A stretch of 64,000 bases of DNA, from positions 118,755-182,754 of the forward strand of contig JANXEF010000001.1 in the NCBI GenBank assembly GCA_025057895.1. The letters are read 5' to 3'. Under the pieces are notes generated by a model, which was not told the origin of the DNA, made no database searches, and worked only from the letters and a program-made list of their open reading frames with translations. The position numbers and the translations under genes were made by a program. Source of the DNA: Archaeoglobaceae archaeon. GTDB taxonomy: Archaea; Halobacteriota; Archaeoglobi; Archaeoglobales; Archaeoglobaceae. This document shows, piece by piece, positions 1 through 8,629 of the stretch; the stretch's first letter is position 1, and each line of letters starts with the position of its first letter.

Positions 1-384
1 TAATCTGCCTCCAGAAGCAAAAATCTGCTTTTCTTTTGTGAGTGGAAAGAGTAAATTCTTCCTGTAAATCCCAAGAATTTCTCCTCTGTGTATGATGACT
101 GCAGAATTGTATAGACGATCACACTTCTCCGCAACTCCAGCAATGATAAAGATTTCTTTGTCCTTTGAAAGTCTAAGAATTATATCGAGCTCTTTTTCGA
201 GCTCTTTTACAGAAATAAGATTTTTTTCATAAAAACCGGTGTTAAAAAGTTCTGGAAGGATTACAAGATTTGCTCTAACTTGTAATGCCCTCTTTATGAG
301 GCTAAGACCCTTCATCAAGTTCAAGTCTCTATCTGCAGATATTCTTTGTTGAGCGAGTGCTATTCTAATCTTAGAGATGCTCAA
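1..384 (-). CDS. Carbon-nitrogen hydrolase (nitrilase/omega-amidase superfamily), N-terminal part only. The gene continues beyond the window start and the likely start codon is TTG at 384.
   Basis: The reverse-strand translation reads LSISKIRIALAQQRISADRDLNLMKGLSLIKRALQVRANLVILPELFNTGF..., which has the IALAQ...ILPELF...GF pattern of CN-hydrolases. An in-frame TGA lies immediately upstream of the TTG. Confidence 0.5.
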   Translation of the reverse strand, partial: MSISKIRIALAQQRISADRDLNLMKGLSLIKRALQVRANLVILPELFNTGFYEKNLISVKELEKELDIILRLSKDKEIFIIAGVAEKCDRLYNSAVIIHRGEILGIYRKNLLFPLTKEKQIFASGGRL

Positions 385-640
385 TCAGCTTCCCCTCTTT
401 GGTTATCACGAATCTATTATCTTTTCTTTCAATACAAAATCCTTGAAGAAGGACCTGGATATGATAATCTAGCTCTGATTTAGAAATTCCAAGCTTCTCT
501 GCAATCTCATTCTCACTCAATCCGAGGCTTATGAGCTTTAGAATTTGTCTACGGATTGGATTTGAAATAGCTCGGTGATATCTTTCATGATATTCTCTAC
601 TCGACTCTATTGAATGAGAGTACTTTTTCCAGCTTGACAT
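371..640 (-). CDS. ArsR-family winged-helix transcriptional regulator
   Basis: 89 aa. The HTH reads ISNPIRRQILKLISLGLSENEIAEKLGISKSELDYHIQVL, typical of ArsR/SmtB. Confidence 0.6.
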   Translation of the reverse strand: MSSWKKYSHSIESSREYHERYHRAISNPIRRQILKLISLGLSENEIAEKLGISKSELDYHIQVLLQGFCIERKDNRFVITKEGKLIEHL

Positions 641-686
641 AAAACTGATTTCAAAGCAAATTTATTAACCTTTTCGTATTGTTTCC

Positions 687-1055
687 ATGGATCTCTATGC
701 CGATCCTTTTAGAAAGTTTCTAAAATGTGAGATTGAGGAGATCAGAGATGGCTTTGCAAGAGTTAAAGCAGTTGTAAAAGATAGTTTTCTGAACTTCTAT
801 GGCGTTGTACATGGAGCATTCATCATGGCACTGCTCGACTTTGCATTCGCTATCTCGGCAAATACAGATGCAAGAAGAGTTGCAATAAACATCTCCGTTT
901 ACTTCTACTCTCCTGCAAAATTGGGAGATGTAATATATGCGGAGTCAGAAAGAATTAAAGGAAAAAAAACTGGTTTTTACAAACTCAGAGCTTTTAAAGA
1001 AGATGAGTTGATTGCCGAAGGTTCAGCTATCGCAAAAATGTTGGAAAAAGACTAA
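687..1055 (+). CDS. PaaI-like hotdog-fold acyl-CoA thioesterase
   Basis: 122 aa with a 4HBT/PaaI-like core (GVVHGAFIMALLDFAFAISAN). This is the right size for a single hotdog domain. Confidence 0.6.
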   Translation: MDLYADPFRKFLKCEIEEIRDGFARVKAVVKDSFLNFYGVVHGAFIMALLDFAFAISANTDARRVAINISVYFYSPAKLGDVIYAESERIKGKKTGFYKLRAFKEDELIAEGSAIAKMLEKD

Positions 1056-1321
1056 AGAGTCAATTGCTCCAAAAGATTGCTACAAACTTTTGCAATATTT
1101 TCATTTGCTTTTTTTAAAACTTCGATTGGATTTGTACCATCCGTTCGGAGATATAACTCTGGCTCTCCAACCAGCGGATGTGGAATGTTGTATCTAACCA
1201 GTACTGTTCTTTCATCCTTTGAAAGGTAATGTTGAAGTAGATTTAAATATGTGTGGTCCTCACCCTTTACGATCAGTTTCACGTAGTCTCTTCCAATCTC
1301 TACGATTTTTATCATTACCAC
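1052..1321 (-). CDS. rpoL: DNA-directed RNA polymerase subunit L (Rpb11 homolog)
   Basis: 89 aa. MVMIKIVEIGRDYVKLIVKGEDHTYLNLLQHYL is characteristic of archaeal RpoL. It sits next to csl4, as in the conserved exosome superoperon neighbourhood. Confidence 0.75.
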   Translation of the reverse strand: MVMIKIVEIGRDYVKLIVKGEDHTYLNLLQHYLSKDERTVLVRYNIPHPLVGEPELYLRTDGTNPIEVLKKANENIAKVCSNLLEQLTL

Positions 1322-1857
1322 TCACCCTTCCCATAAGAGTCAGAAACTTTTCTTATTTCTTCTTTTCCACAACTTCGACATTTAAGTCTTCCGCTATCGA
1401 GAAAGAGCTCATTTCTGCAAGAACTGCAAAAGGCTTTCAAAACACCCATTTCTGGCTCCTTTATCGAAAGTCTAGGAGATGGATCAAGAACCCTAGCTTT
1501 TATTATGTCAAGATAATTTATAGCATTCCCTATGTTCTCTACTCTTTCACCGACGTTTGAAACATGTAAAAATCCGTGATTGGTATAACTCAAATCTCTG
1601 CTTTCCCCTTTCTTCCTAACTATTTCTACCATTGCAAAGTTACCTCTAATGTCAACAATTCTTCCAATTACGATGTCATCTTTTTTTATCTCAGGAATAG
1701 TTCTAAAGCTCGATACATTTACGACTTTATTTTTGAGTTCAAGAAAACCTGCAACAAAAGCAAAAAGTTCCCTGTTCTCCTCGTAAACTCCTTTTCCAGC
1801 TTTAAATTCCTCGATAGTACCTATTCTATCTCCCGGAAAAACAACTCTTTTTCTCAA
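1315..1857 (-). CDS. csl4: Exosome complex RNA-binding subunit Csl4
   Basis: 180 aa with an S1 domain and a C-terminal Zn ribbon (CSSCRNELFLDSGRLKCRSCG). The coding sequence overlaps rpoL. Confidence 0.75.
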   Translation of the reverse strand: MRKRVVFPGDRIGTIEEFKAGKGVYEENRELFAFVAGFLELKNKVVNVSSFRTIPEIKKDDIVIGRIVDIRGNFAMVEIVRKKGESRDLSYTNHGFLHVSNVGERVENIGNAINYLDIIKARVLDPSPRLSIKEPEMGVLKAFCSSCRNELFLDSGRLKCRSCGKEEIRKVSDSYGKGEW

Positions 1858-2434
1858 TTCTTAGCACCTCTACTGGTATTTCTTTAAATGGTCTCTCATG
1901 GAATGAATAAGTTTTTCGGAGAGGTATCATTAACTTCCAAACATGAGTAACTCTAAAACCCTTTTCATCCGCTTTTTTTCTAACAAAAATCTCACTTCCA
2001 GCAGATTGGATAGAGTAGATTTTTTCACCTATTTCAAAAGCCTTCTCGAGAAAAGATCTGTCCGCGTGTCTTTTTTTTATACCAAATGGTGGATTCATTA
2101 TGACTGTACAACTCTTCTTGATTTTAAAGTCTCTCACATCGCATAATATGAAGTCAACCTTGATTCCTAGTTTCTTTGCATTCGCTTTCGCAATCTTAAT
2201 TGCATCTAAATCTATATCTATCCCTATTGAAAAAGCTCCAAGAATTGCTGAAGCAATTGCAAGGATTCCAGTTCCACAGCCTAGGTCAACAACAATTTTT
2301 AGATCCTCAAATAGTTTTGCGGTTGTTACAACAAAACTTGCAAGATTTGGAGGCGTTACATATTGTTCAAGCTCAATCTTTGGATTTTTGAAACCTTCTA
2401 GACTTTCAAGGATAATTTCTATTTCTTTTTTCAT
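1826..2434 (-). CDS. N6-adenine RNA methyltransferase, METTL5-like (COG2263)
   Basis: SAM-binding motif VVDLGCGTGILAIA and catalytic motif IMNPPFG (NPPF). This family is commonly found in the archaeal exosome/RpoL neighbourhood. Confidence 0.65.
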   Translation of the reverse strand: MKKEIEIILESLEGFKNPKIELEQYVTPPNLASFVVTTAKLFEDLKIVVDLGCGTGILAIASAILGAFSIGIDIDLDAIKIAKANAKKLGIKVDFILCDVRDFKIKKSCTVIMNPPFGIKKRHADRSFLEKAFEIGEKIYSIQSAGSEIFVRKKADEKGFRVTHVWKLMIPLRKTYSFHERPFKEIPVEVLRIEKKSCFSGR

Positions 2435-4458
2435 AATGCGCCTATTTTTCCTGCTAACTTGGCAAGAACTTCTTTCTTTTTACCCTGAACAAACTTTATC
2501 GAGCCTACTACTAAATGTCCTCCTCCATCGACACAAGCGTCGATCTCTTTTCTGATTTCTTCCACTATTTTTGGAATATCGATACTGACTCCCTCACTTC
2601 TTATCACTGCAAAATCTGGACCAAAACCAATGGTGACAATTTTTGAATACTTTTCCTTCAATCTATCATGAATCTCTCCAGTAAGCTTTCCTGGCGGTGG
2701 AAATTCAAACTTTCTAGAGTAGTTTTCAACATCGAAAGCAGCAAGAGCTATGCCATTTGATAGAATTTGTACTTTAACACTCTCAATTCCTGCCTTGAGT
2801 TGATCTTCAATTGCTCTTTTTGCATAGCCTGAAAGTAACTCTACAAGTTTTTTCTGTCTATCTTTTCTTCCAAAACCTAAGATTTCATGCATAATCGTAC
2901 TTGCTGATCTGAAACGTAGATAAAATCCCTCATATTCAATTGCAAGTACTATATCTTTTAATTCTTCTCTGCTAATCCCGCTAAGTTCTATATAACGCTC
3001 AACAATTCCACGAGATCTGTCAGCAATTACTGAAACCGCAGCAAGATGTTTGAGATCTAGATCACTTATCATCCTTGCAATTTCAACACATAGAATTCCA
3101 GAAGTTATATTGCTATCTCCTCCCACTCTATATGGATTCACATGATGAAGAAGATACTTGTCAACTTCTTCGTTTGGATAATGATGGTCTATCGTTATCA
3201 CATCCGCTCCAAATAGAAGAAATTGCTGTATAGCTGGCAAATCTTCTTTTCCCGAACCATTGTCGATGAGGAGAACAAGAGGTATCTTGTCTCCAAATCT
3301 TTCCGCATCCTCTAAACTTTCATCTAGATCTCTTACAAGATCTTCGAGTTCATAAAATGGTGCTCTCGAAACTCTTCTCTTCACGAGATAATACATTGCC
3401 TCACTATCTTTATGAAGTCTTTTCACAAGGCTTTGAAGAGCTAATTCAATAGCTATTCCACCACAACTACCGTCTGCATCCCAGTGATGTCTTATGATCA
3501 CAGGTCTCGATTTGTAAATAGCCCTTTTCAATTCTTTTGCAACTAGAAGCATTTCCTGCTTCAACTTTTCTAGAATCTCGCTATCGATGAGAAAACCATT
3601 GAAATCTGGTTCACAGGCTTTTTCGATTTCCATTTCAATTTTCTTTCTTATCTCATAAGCATCTTCGCCTAGAAGTTTTTCAATTTCAAGTACATCGATT
3701 CCATTTCTTCTAAGTGTTCCTATTATCTCCACAACATCGTCTAAGTTCACATCTATGTCTTCAAAAACAGTACAATTTATACTCGAACTTCCGTCTGTAA
3801 GTGTGATAATCTTTGCAATTGCAGTCTCTTTCATATGAGTTACCAATCCACGGATCTTTACAGTTTTACCAAGAATTTTTGGAAGAAGAGCTATTTTTGT
3901 GACTTCGATGTCTTTTGAAAGTTCAATAATTGAGTAGTTTTCAATTTCTGCAATTGACAAGTCAATTTCTCCATTCAAGCCTATGTTTGTTACCTTAACC
4001 ACGACCTCTTCTCCCTCTACTAATCCAGATTGCTTTCTCATTAAACCTTTAAGTCTTCTGTTTAAGTTCACAAAAGTTCCTATATCTGTAACTGAAGAAA
4101 CAACTCCTAAGTAAAGTCTACCAATTCTGAGTTCCTCAATTCCACAGCTGTTTCGAAGTTTAAAAACATGAGGTTTCTTTTTGCATTCAATACATAGTTC
4201 TTGATTTGTTTCTTTTCCACATATTTGGCATTTTTTTATTTTTCCGGTTCCATTGCAGTTTTTACAAATCTCTACAATCTTCAGTCTACCTTTTCCATTG
4301 CAGACTCCACAGATTCCTTTCATGAAAAGTTTTATCTGATCCTCGTTTAGGTTTACGATTTTTGGATCGAAACTCTTGGCTTTCCCTGTGCCACTACAAG
4401 TTTCACATAGTTTTTCAGTTTCAAAGGTTCCCTTTCCTGTGCACCTTTGACAGATCAT
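2431..4458 (-). CDS. RecJ-like DHH/DHHA1 phosphoesterase-nuclease with an N-terminal DnaJ-type CxxCxGxG zinc-finger array and an OB fold
   Basis: The DHH motifs are present (LLIDNGSG, HHWDADGSCGG, ITIDHHYP) and the C-terminal DHHA1 motif is GGGH. The N-terminus carries four or more CxxCxGxG repeats (CQRCTGKG, CETCSGTG, CGVCNGKG, CKNCNGTG). Confidence 0.7.
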   Translation of the reverse strand: MICQRCTGKGTFETEKLCETCSGTGKAKSFDPKIVNLNEDQIKLFMKGICGVCNGKGRLKIVEICKNCNGTGKIKKCQICGKETNQELCIECKKKPHVFKLRNSCGIEELRIGRLYLGVVSSVTDIGTFVNLNRRLKGLMRKQSGLVEGEEVVVKVTNIGLNGEIDLSIAEIENYSIIELSKDIEVTKIALLPKILGKTVKIRGLVTHMKETAIAKIITLTDGSSSINCTVFEDIDVNLDDVVEIIGTLRRNGIDVLEIEKLLGEDAYEIRKKIEMEIEKACEPDFNGFLIDSEILEKLKQEMLLVAKELKRAIYKSRPVIIRHHWDADGSCGGIAIELALQSLVKRLHKDSEAMYYLVKRRVSRAPFYELEDLVRDLDESLEDAERFGDKIPLVLLIDNGSGKEDLPAIQQFLLFGADVITIDHHYPNEEVDKYLLHHVNPYRVGGDSNITSGILCVEIARMISDLDLKHLAAVSVIADRSRGIVERYIELSGISREELKDIVLAIEYEGFYLRFRSASTIMHEILGFGRKDRQKKLVELLSGYAKRAIEDQLKAGIESVKVQILSNGIALAAFDVENYSRKFEFPPPGKLTGEIHDRLKEKYSKIVTIGFGPDFAVIRSEGVSIDIPKIVEEIRKEIDACVDGGGHLVVGSIKFVQGKKKEVLAKLAGKIGAL

Positions 4459-4556
4459 GATGAGAGTTTATGCTAGGTTAATAACCATTTTACGAAATTA
4501 AAATATCTGTAAAAAAAGCTTTAAAATTTAAAAAATACTGATAAATCATTTTTTGA

Positions 4557-5807
4557 TCAAATCCATTCCGGAATTCTCTGTTTTGCTATGAGATCTCCAA
4601 AACTCTCCTTTTCTCTTATTACTACTGCTTTTTCTCCGTTAACGAGGATCTCTGCACATCTTGGTCTACCGTTGTATTGACTACTCATCACAAATCCATA
4701 AGCCCCAGTATCGAGAATAGCTATGATGTCTCCCTTTTCTGTCTTCGGAAGCTTTCTATCTTTTGCAATAATGTCTCCACTTTCACAGATCGGACCAACG
4801 ATTGTATAGATTTCATCTTCACCTTCTTTGTCCGCTACAAGAACACGATGATAAGCTCCATACATCACTGGTCGAATGAGAATGTTAAAACCCGCATCAA
4901 CAGCTACAAAATTTTTATACCCTTTCTTTACAGCATTGACTCTTGTTAACAGAATCGTTGAATTTCCAACTATGCTCCTCCCCGGTTCGAGCCATAATTT
5001 TGGTTTCGAACTCAAATTCGATTTTATTTTTTCAAAAACTGGAATGACTGCATTTGCAAGGTCTCTAGGAGTTGGTGCCCCTTTTCCTTCGTAATCTATC
5101 CCAAGTCCTCCACCAATGTCAATGAAATCAAACTTCACTCCAATTTTCTCAAGCTCAAAGAAAAGTTTTTCAAGCTTTTCCATTGCCTCTACGAATGGTG
5201 ATGTTTCAAGGATCTGACTACCTATATGGAAATGGAGACCGACTGGTTTAACATTCTCAAGACTTAATGCAAGTTCATATGCTCTTACAGCATCTTCCAT
5301 CGGAATTCCAAATTTCGACTCTCTTAACCCAGTAGCAATCTTTGGATGTGTCTTTGGATCTATTTCTGGGTTAACTCTGAATGCAATCTCAATTTCCTCT
5401 CCAAAATTTCCTGCAATCTCGTTTATTGTTCTAAGTTCATCAGTACTATCAACGCTGAACTTAACTTTGGCAAGAATGCCCATTTCTATCTCTTCTTCGC
5501 TTTTCGAATTTCCATTGAATAGGATTTTATCTCTACTGAAACCTGCCAACAAAGCCATGTATAGCTCCCCAGCACTAAAGACGTCAGCTCCAAAACCTTG
5601 CTTTGATATTATCTTCATTATTGCAAGGTTGTTGTTAGCTTTCACAGCATAAAGAATTTCGGAATTTGGAAAAGCATCTTTGTAAGCCAGAACATTCTTT
5701 TCAAGCTGTCTTTTAGATGTTACGTAAATTGGCGTTCCAAATCTCTGTGCTAAATAGATAGTTGAAACATCTTCTATGAAAAGAATACCATTTCTTCTTG
5801 ATAGCAT
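4557..5807 (-). CDS. lysA: Diaminopimelate decarboxylase (fold-III PLP decarboxylase)
   Basis: 416 aa. The motifs YAVKANNN (PLP lysine), HFHIGSQ, EPGRSIVG and CESGD are all present. Confidence 0.8.
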   Translation of the reverse strand: MLSRRNGILFIEDVSTIYLAQRFGTPIYVTSKRQLEKNVLAYKDAFPNSEILYAVKANNNLAIMKIISKQGFGADVFSAGELYMALLAGFSRDKILFNGNSKSEEEIEMGILAKVKFSVDSTDELRTINEIAGNFGEEIEIAFRVNPEIDPKTHPKIATGLRESKFGIPMEDAVRAYELALSLENVKPVGLHFHIGSQILETSPFVEAMEKLEKLFFELEKIGVKFDFIDIGGGLGIDYEGKGAPTPRDLANAVIPVFEKIKSNLSSKPKLWLEPGRSIVGNSTILLTRVNAVKKGYKNFVAVDAGFNILIRPVMYGAYHRVLVADKEGEDEIYTIVGPICESGDIIAKDRKLPKTEKGDIIAILDTGAYGFVMSSQYNGRPRCAEILVNGEKAVVIREKESFGDLIAKQRIPEWI

Positions 5808-5813
5808 AAATTT

Positions 5814-6281
5814 TTAAGATAGTTCTACCCTGAGCTTTTCAGGATCGTAACTCCACTCTTCAGGAAAGTAACCTTTTTCTTTGTAATAGTTTGATAACCT
5901 CCATATCTTCGCCTCTATGAGTTGTAAACCTCTTCTGTTATGTAGATCTTTTTTGTGAACTTCAAGATGCTTTCGCAGTTTTAAAGCCTTCTTTATAAGA
6001 GCTTTGAGATCCTCAGGATACCTTGGTTTTATACCATTTTCCAGGAGAATATCTACGAGTTTTTTTCCAGTAACTTGCCTAACTGAAGGAATTCCAAACT
6101 TATCTCTCAGAATCATACCAATCTCAGATGGTTCGTATCCCTCGTTGTATAGTTCGATTACTTTTTTTTCAACTTCCTCGGCACTCATCTCCACCCACTC
6201 AGGTGGGATGTTTGTATAAACCTTCTTTGATTCCGATCTATCATCTCTTTTGTTTTTTTGAATTCTTGCCATTCTGAACAC
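5814..6281 (-). CDS. rps15: 30S ribosomal protein S15 (uS15, S13e type)
   Basis: 155 aa. The N-terminal eukaryotic-type extension and the C-terminal S15 fold (RRGLQLIEAKIWRLSNYYK) are both present. Confidence 0.8.
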   Translation of the reverse strand: MFRMARIQKNKRDDRSESKKVYTNIPPEWVEMSAEEVEKKVIELYNEGYEPSEIGMILRDKFGIPSVRQVTGKKLVDILLENGIKPRYPEDLKALIKKALKLRKHLEVHKKDLHNRRGLQLIEAKIWRLSNYYKEKGYFPEEWSYDPEKLRVELS

Positions 6282-6310
6282 CTCTCTAAACCTAAAAATT
6301 TTTACGAGAT

Positions 6311-6637
6311 TTAAAGATTGCGGAGCTTCATCAGAGGATAGTTTAATTCTTCATCCCATTCGAGTACTGCTTCAACTCTCTCCCCCTCAAAATCAACAAT
6401 GACCCTAGCTCTCAAAATATCAGGCGAAAGAGAAGTGTAACCAAATTTGGAAGTTCTCAATTTTTGCCTTTCAATTTTGACTTCTGCTTCGATCACATAA
6501 GGTTGAAGTCTTAGACAGCTTTCCATGGCTTTTTCAAGTATTTCAACGTTTTTTTCTGATACTGGAACACCTACAAACTGATGAAAAAGCGCTCCAAGCT
6601 TTATACCCGCCTCAAATGCTGCAACAGCTTTTCGCAT
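6311..6637 (-). CDS. Conserved hypothetical protein (108 aa)
   Basis: Intact ORF with coding-like composition. I recognise no diagnostic motif. An MptD-like small alpha/beta protein is possible but unsupported. Confidence 0.3.
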   Translation of the reverse strand: MRKAVAAFEAGIKLGALFHQFVGVPVSEKNVEILEKAMESCLRLQPYVIEAEVKIERQKLRTSKFGYTSLSPDILRARVIVDFEGERVEAVLEWDEELNYPLMKLRNL

Positions 6638-7236
6638 GTTTTCACCCCTGGATAAATTATATAGATGAGCGAAAGTGCTATTAGAACATAGCAGATTTCA
6701 ACGAACAAAATTGCAAGGAGAAGAAGAAGTCCTAAAGGAATTAGGGGGACACCTTCGATTCTTCTATACTCTAAATCGCTGATCATGAGAACTGAGAAAA
6801 ACAATACACAAATTGCTAATACCTCAAAACTCATTCCTATTCTGACAAGAGAGGTCAAAAAAATTGCATTTATGGAAGTAGGAACTCCAAGGAAATTTCT
6901 TGAATTCAAAACGTTGAATCTCGCGAGTCTAAGGATTGAAAAAGCTAGTAAAATAGACGAAAAGACAAATAATTTTTCATCTTTTAAAAAAATAATGAAA
7001 GCTGGATATAGAGAGAAAGATACTGTATCTGCAAGAGAGTCAAGTTCTTTTCCAAGTTTACTTTTTTCCGTTTTTGATGCTACCCATCCATCAAGTCCAT
7101 CAGCGATGAGAGAAAGATAAAAAAATTTAAAACTTTTTTCAAAATCATAAACTGCATGAGCTAAAGCTGAAAAGCCCAATAGAGCATTTAAAACACTCAG
7201 AGAATCTGCCAGACTAACTTCTTTGAAGATCTTCAT
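6601..7236 (-). CDS. CDP-alcohol phosphatidyltransferase (archaetidylserine synthase-like)
   Basis: The CDP-OH-P transferase signature is DGLDGWVASKTEKSKLGKELDSLAD, matching D-G-x2-A-R...G-x3-D-x3-D. The protein is multi-pass transmembrane and overlaps the downstream psd-like gene. Confidence 0.6.
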   Translation of the reverse strand: MKIFKEVSLADSLSVLNALLGFSALAHAVYDFEKSFKFFYLSLIADGLDGWVASKTEKSKLGKELDSLADTVSFSLYPAFIIFLKDEKLFVFSSILLAFSILRLARFNVLNSRNFLGVPTSINAIFLTSLVRIGMSFEVLAICVLFFSVLMISDLEYRRIEGVPLIPLGLLLLLAILFVEICYVLIALSLIYIIYPGVKTCEKLLQHLRRV

Positions 7237-7810
7237 CTTTTACAGCCACCGTCTCTCCAGCCTTTACTTTTTCTCCAACTCTTCTTATAAACTTATAACC
7301 TGTAGGCAATTCAAGAATGACACGAGAGCCGAATCTTATTAGCCCAATTCTTTGCCCCTTTTCAACATCCTCTCCTTCCCTTACGTAACAAACGATTCTC
7401 CTTGCAAAAATTCCTGCTATTTGTATAACTTTGTAAATTCCATCTCCAGCTCTTATCGTTATTTCGTTCATTCTGACATTTTTCCCCCTTCTATATGCTG
7501 GGATCAACTTCCCATCACGAAATTCGATGCTCAAAATTTTTCCCTTGACGGGGGATCTGTTGATGTGACAATCGAAAGGAGACATAAAGATCTCGAGTTG
7601 ATTACAACCTACATAATCAATTCTACCATCTGCTGGCGAAATAACTCCATCACCAATTTTTCTCTCCGGATCTCGGAAAAAGTAAGCTGTAAAGACTAAA
7701 AATAGGATTAAAATTATTGATAGTAGATAGTAAAGAAATAAAAAAATAACCGAGAGGATCAAAATTATTGCAAGAGGTTTTGAAGCACTCTTCTCAATCA
7801 ATTCTAACAC
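7214..7810 (-). CDS. psd: Phosphatidylserine (archaetidylserine) decarboxylase proenzyme
   Basis: 198 aa with an N-terminal TM helix and a PSD fold. The likely self-cleavage GS site is in RFGSRV. The gene is translationally coupled to the CDP-alcohol transferase. Confidence 0.6.
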   Translation of the reverse strand: MLELIEKSASKPLAIILILSVIFLFLYYLLSIILILFLVFTAYFFRDPERKIGDGVISPADGRIDYVGCNQLEIFMSPFDCHINRSPVKGKILSIEFRDGKLIPAYRRGKNVRMNEITIRAGDGIYKVIQIAGIFARRIVCYVREGEDVEKGQRIGLIRFGSRVILELPTGYKFIRRVGEKVKAGETVAVKDEDLQRS

Positions 7811-8567
7811 CCTTAAGGATCTCGTTTTTCAGGGAATAAATGAGTTCCGCAAGTTCAGGTAGTACTCGAAAGACTACATAAGTTATGATTATTAAAGCAA
7901 ATGTTGCCAAAATTTTAGAAATCAAGTTATGAGCTATGTAAAAGCTATTTTCTCCAAACCATGAGTAAGAAAAGCTTAAAAGAACGAATAGATTTCTTAG
8001 AAGGTTTAAAAAGTATATTACTGGAACCGAAATAAGAAATGCCTTGATTTTTCTCGAGGACTCAGCCTTTATACCAAGAGTTGCTCCAGTAAAAAGAGAG
8101 ATACTCTCGATAGCTGTGCATGGTAGTATTATCTCAACATAACTCTCGTTAAGTTCAAGAACTCTTCCTTCGACGATTATTGGAAATCCCAAAACATTTC
8201 CGAGCTGTGAAGATAAATATGCAGTTTTTTCAATTATAAAAGTATTAAGAAATTCGAAAAATACAAATGGAAAGTAAATAGCACAAGATAATACCGAGAA
8301 TGAAGTAACTTCAACCATCACTCTCGATCTTGAAGAAATAACAGATTTTGATAAAATAAGAAAAAACAATCCACTAATCAAAAAAAGAATTGAATTATAG
8401 TAGTCAGCAGAATTTAGAAATTCAAAGCCCTTGATTAGAGATGCTGTTGCAAAAATTACCCATCCAAGAGCTCCGAGAACTCTATTGTACTTTAAAACGT
8501 AGAAAATCATGGGGACCAAAGCTGTGGATGCAATGATTTCTGGTAACATTGCGAAAAATTTTTGCAA
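7794..8567 (-). CDS. Exosortase/archaeosortase-family transmembrane protease (putative)
   Basis: 257 aa, polytopic. The candidate catalytic Cys sits in EIILPCTAIESISLF and a conserved Arg/Asn in FLNLLRNLF, resembling the Cys-Arg(-Asn) exosortase signature. The gene overlaps psd. Confidence 0.45.
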   Translation of the reverse strand: MQKFFAMLPEIIASTALVPMIFYVLKYNRVLGALGWVIFATASLIKGFEFLNSADYYNSILFLISGLFFLILSKSVISSRSRVMVEVTSFSVLSCAIYFPFVFFEFLNTFIIEKTAYLSSQLGNVLGFPIIVEGRVLELNESYVEIILPCTAIESISLFTGATLGIKAESSRKIKAFLISVPVIYFLNLLRNLFVLLSFSYSWFGENSFYIAHNLISKILATFALIIITYVVFRVLPELAELIYSLKNEILKGVRID

Positions 8568-8629
8568 AGACGACTTTTAAGCTTTGCCAAAAATTTTAAA
8601 AATCCGTCCTACAACTATTTAAGATTGAG

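Noticed and set aside
2100-2555. Plus-strand ORFs of 151 and 63 aa overlapping the METTL5-like methyltransferase
   Set aside because: They are antisense shadow ORFs with a hydrophobic low-complexity translation. The opposite strand has clear SAM-MTase motifs.
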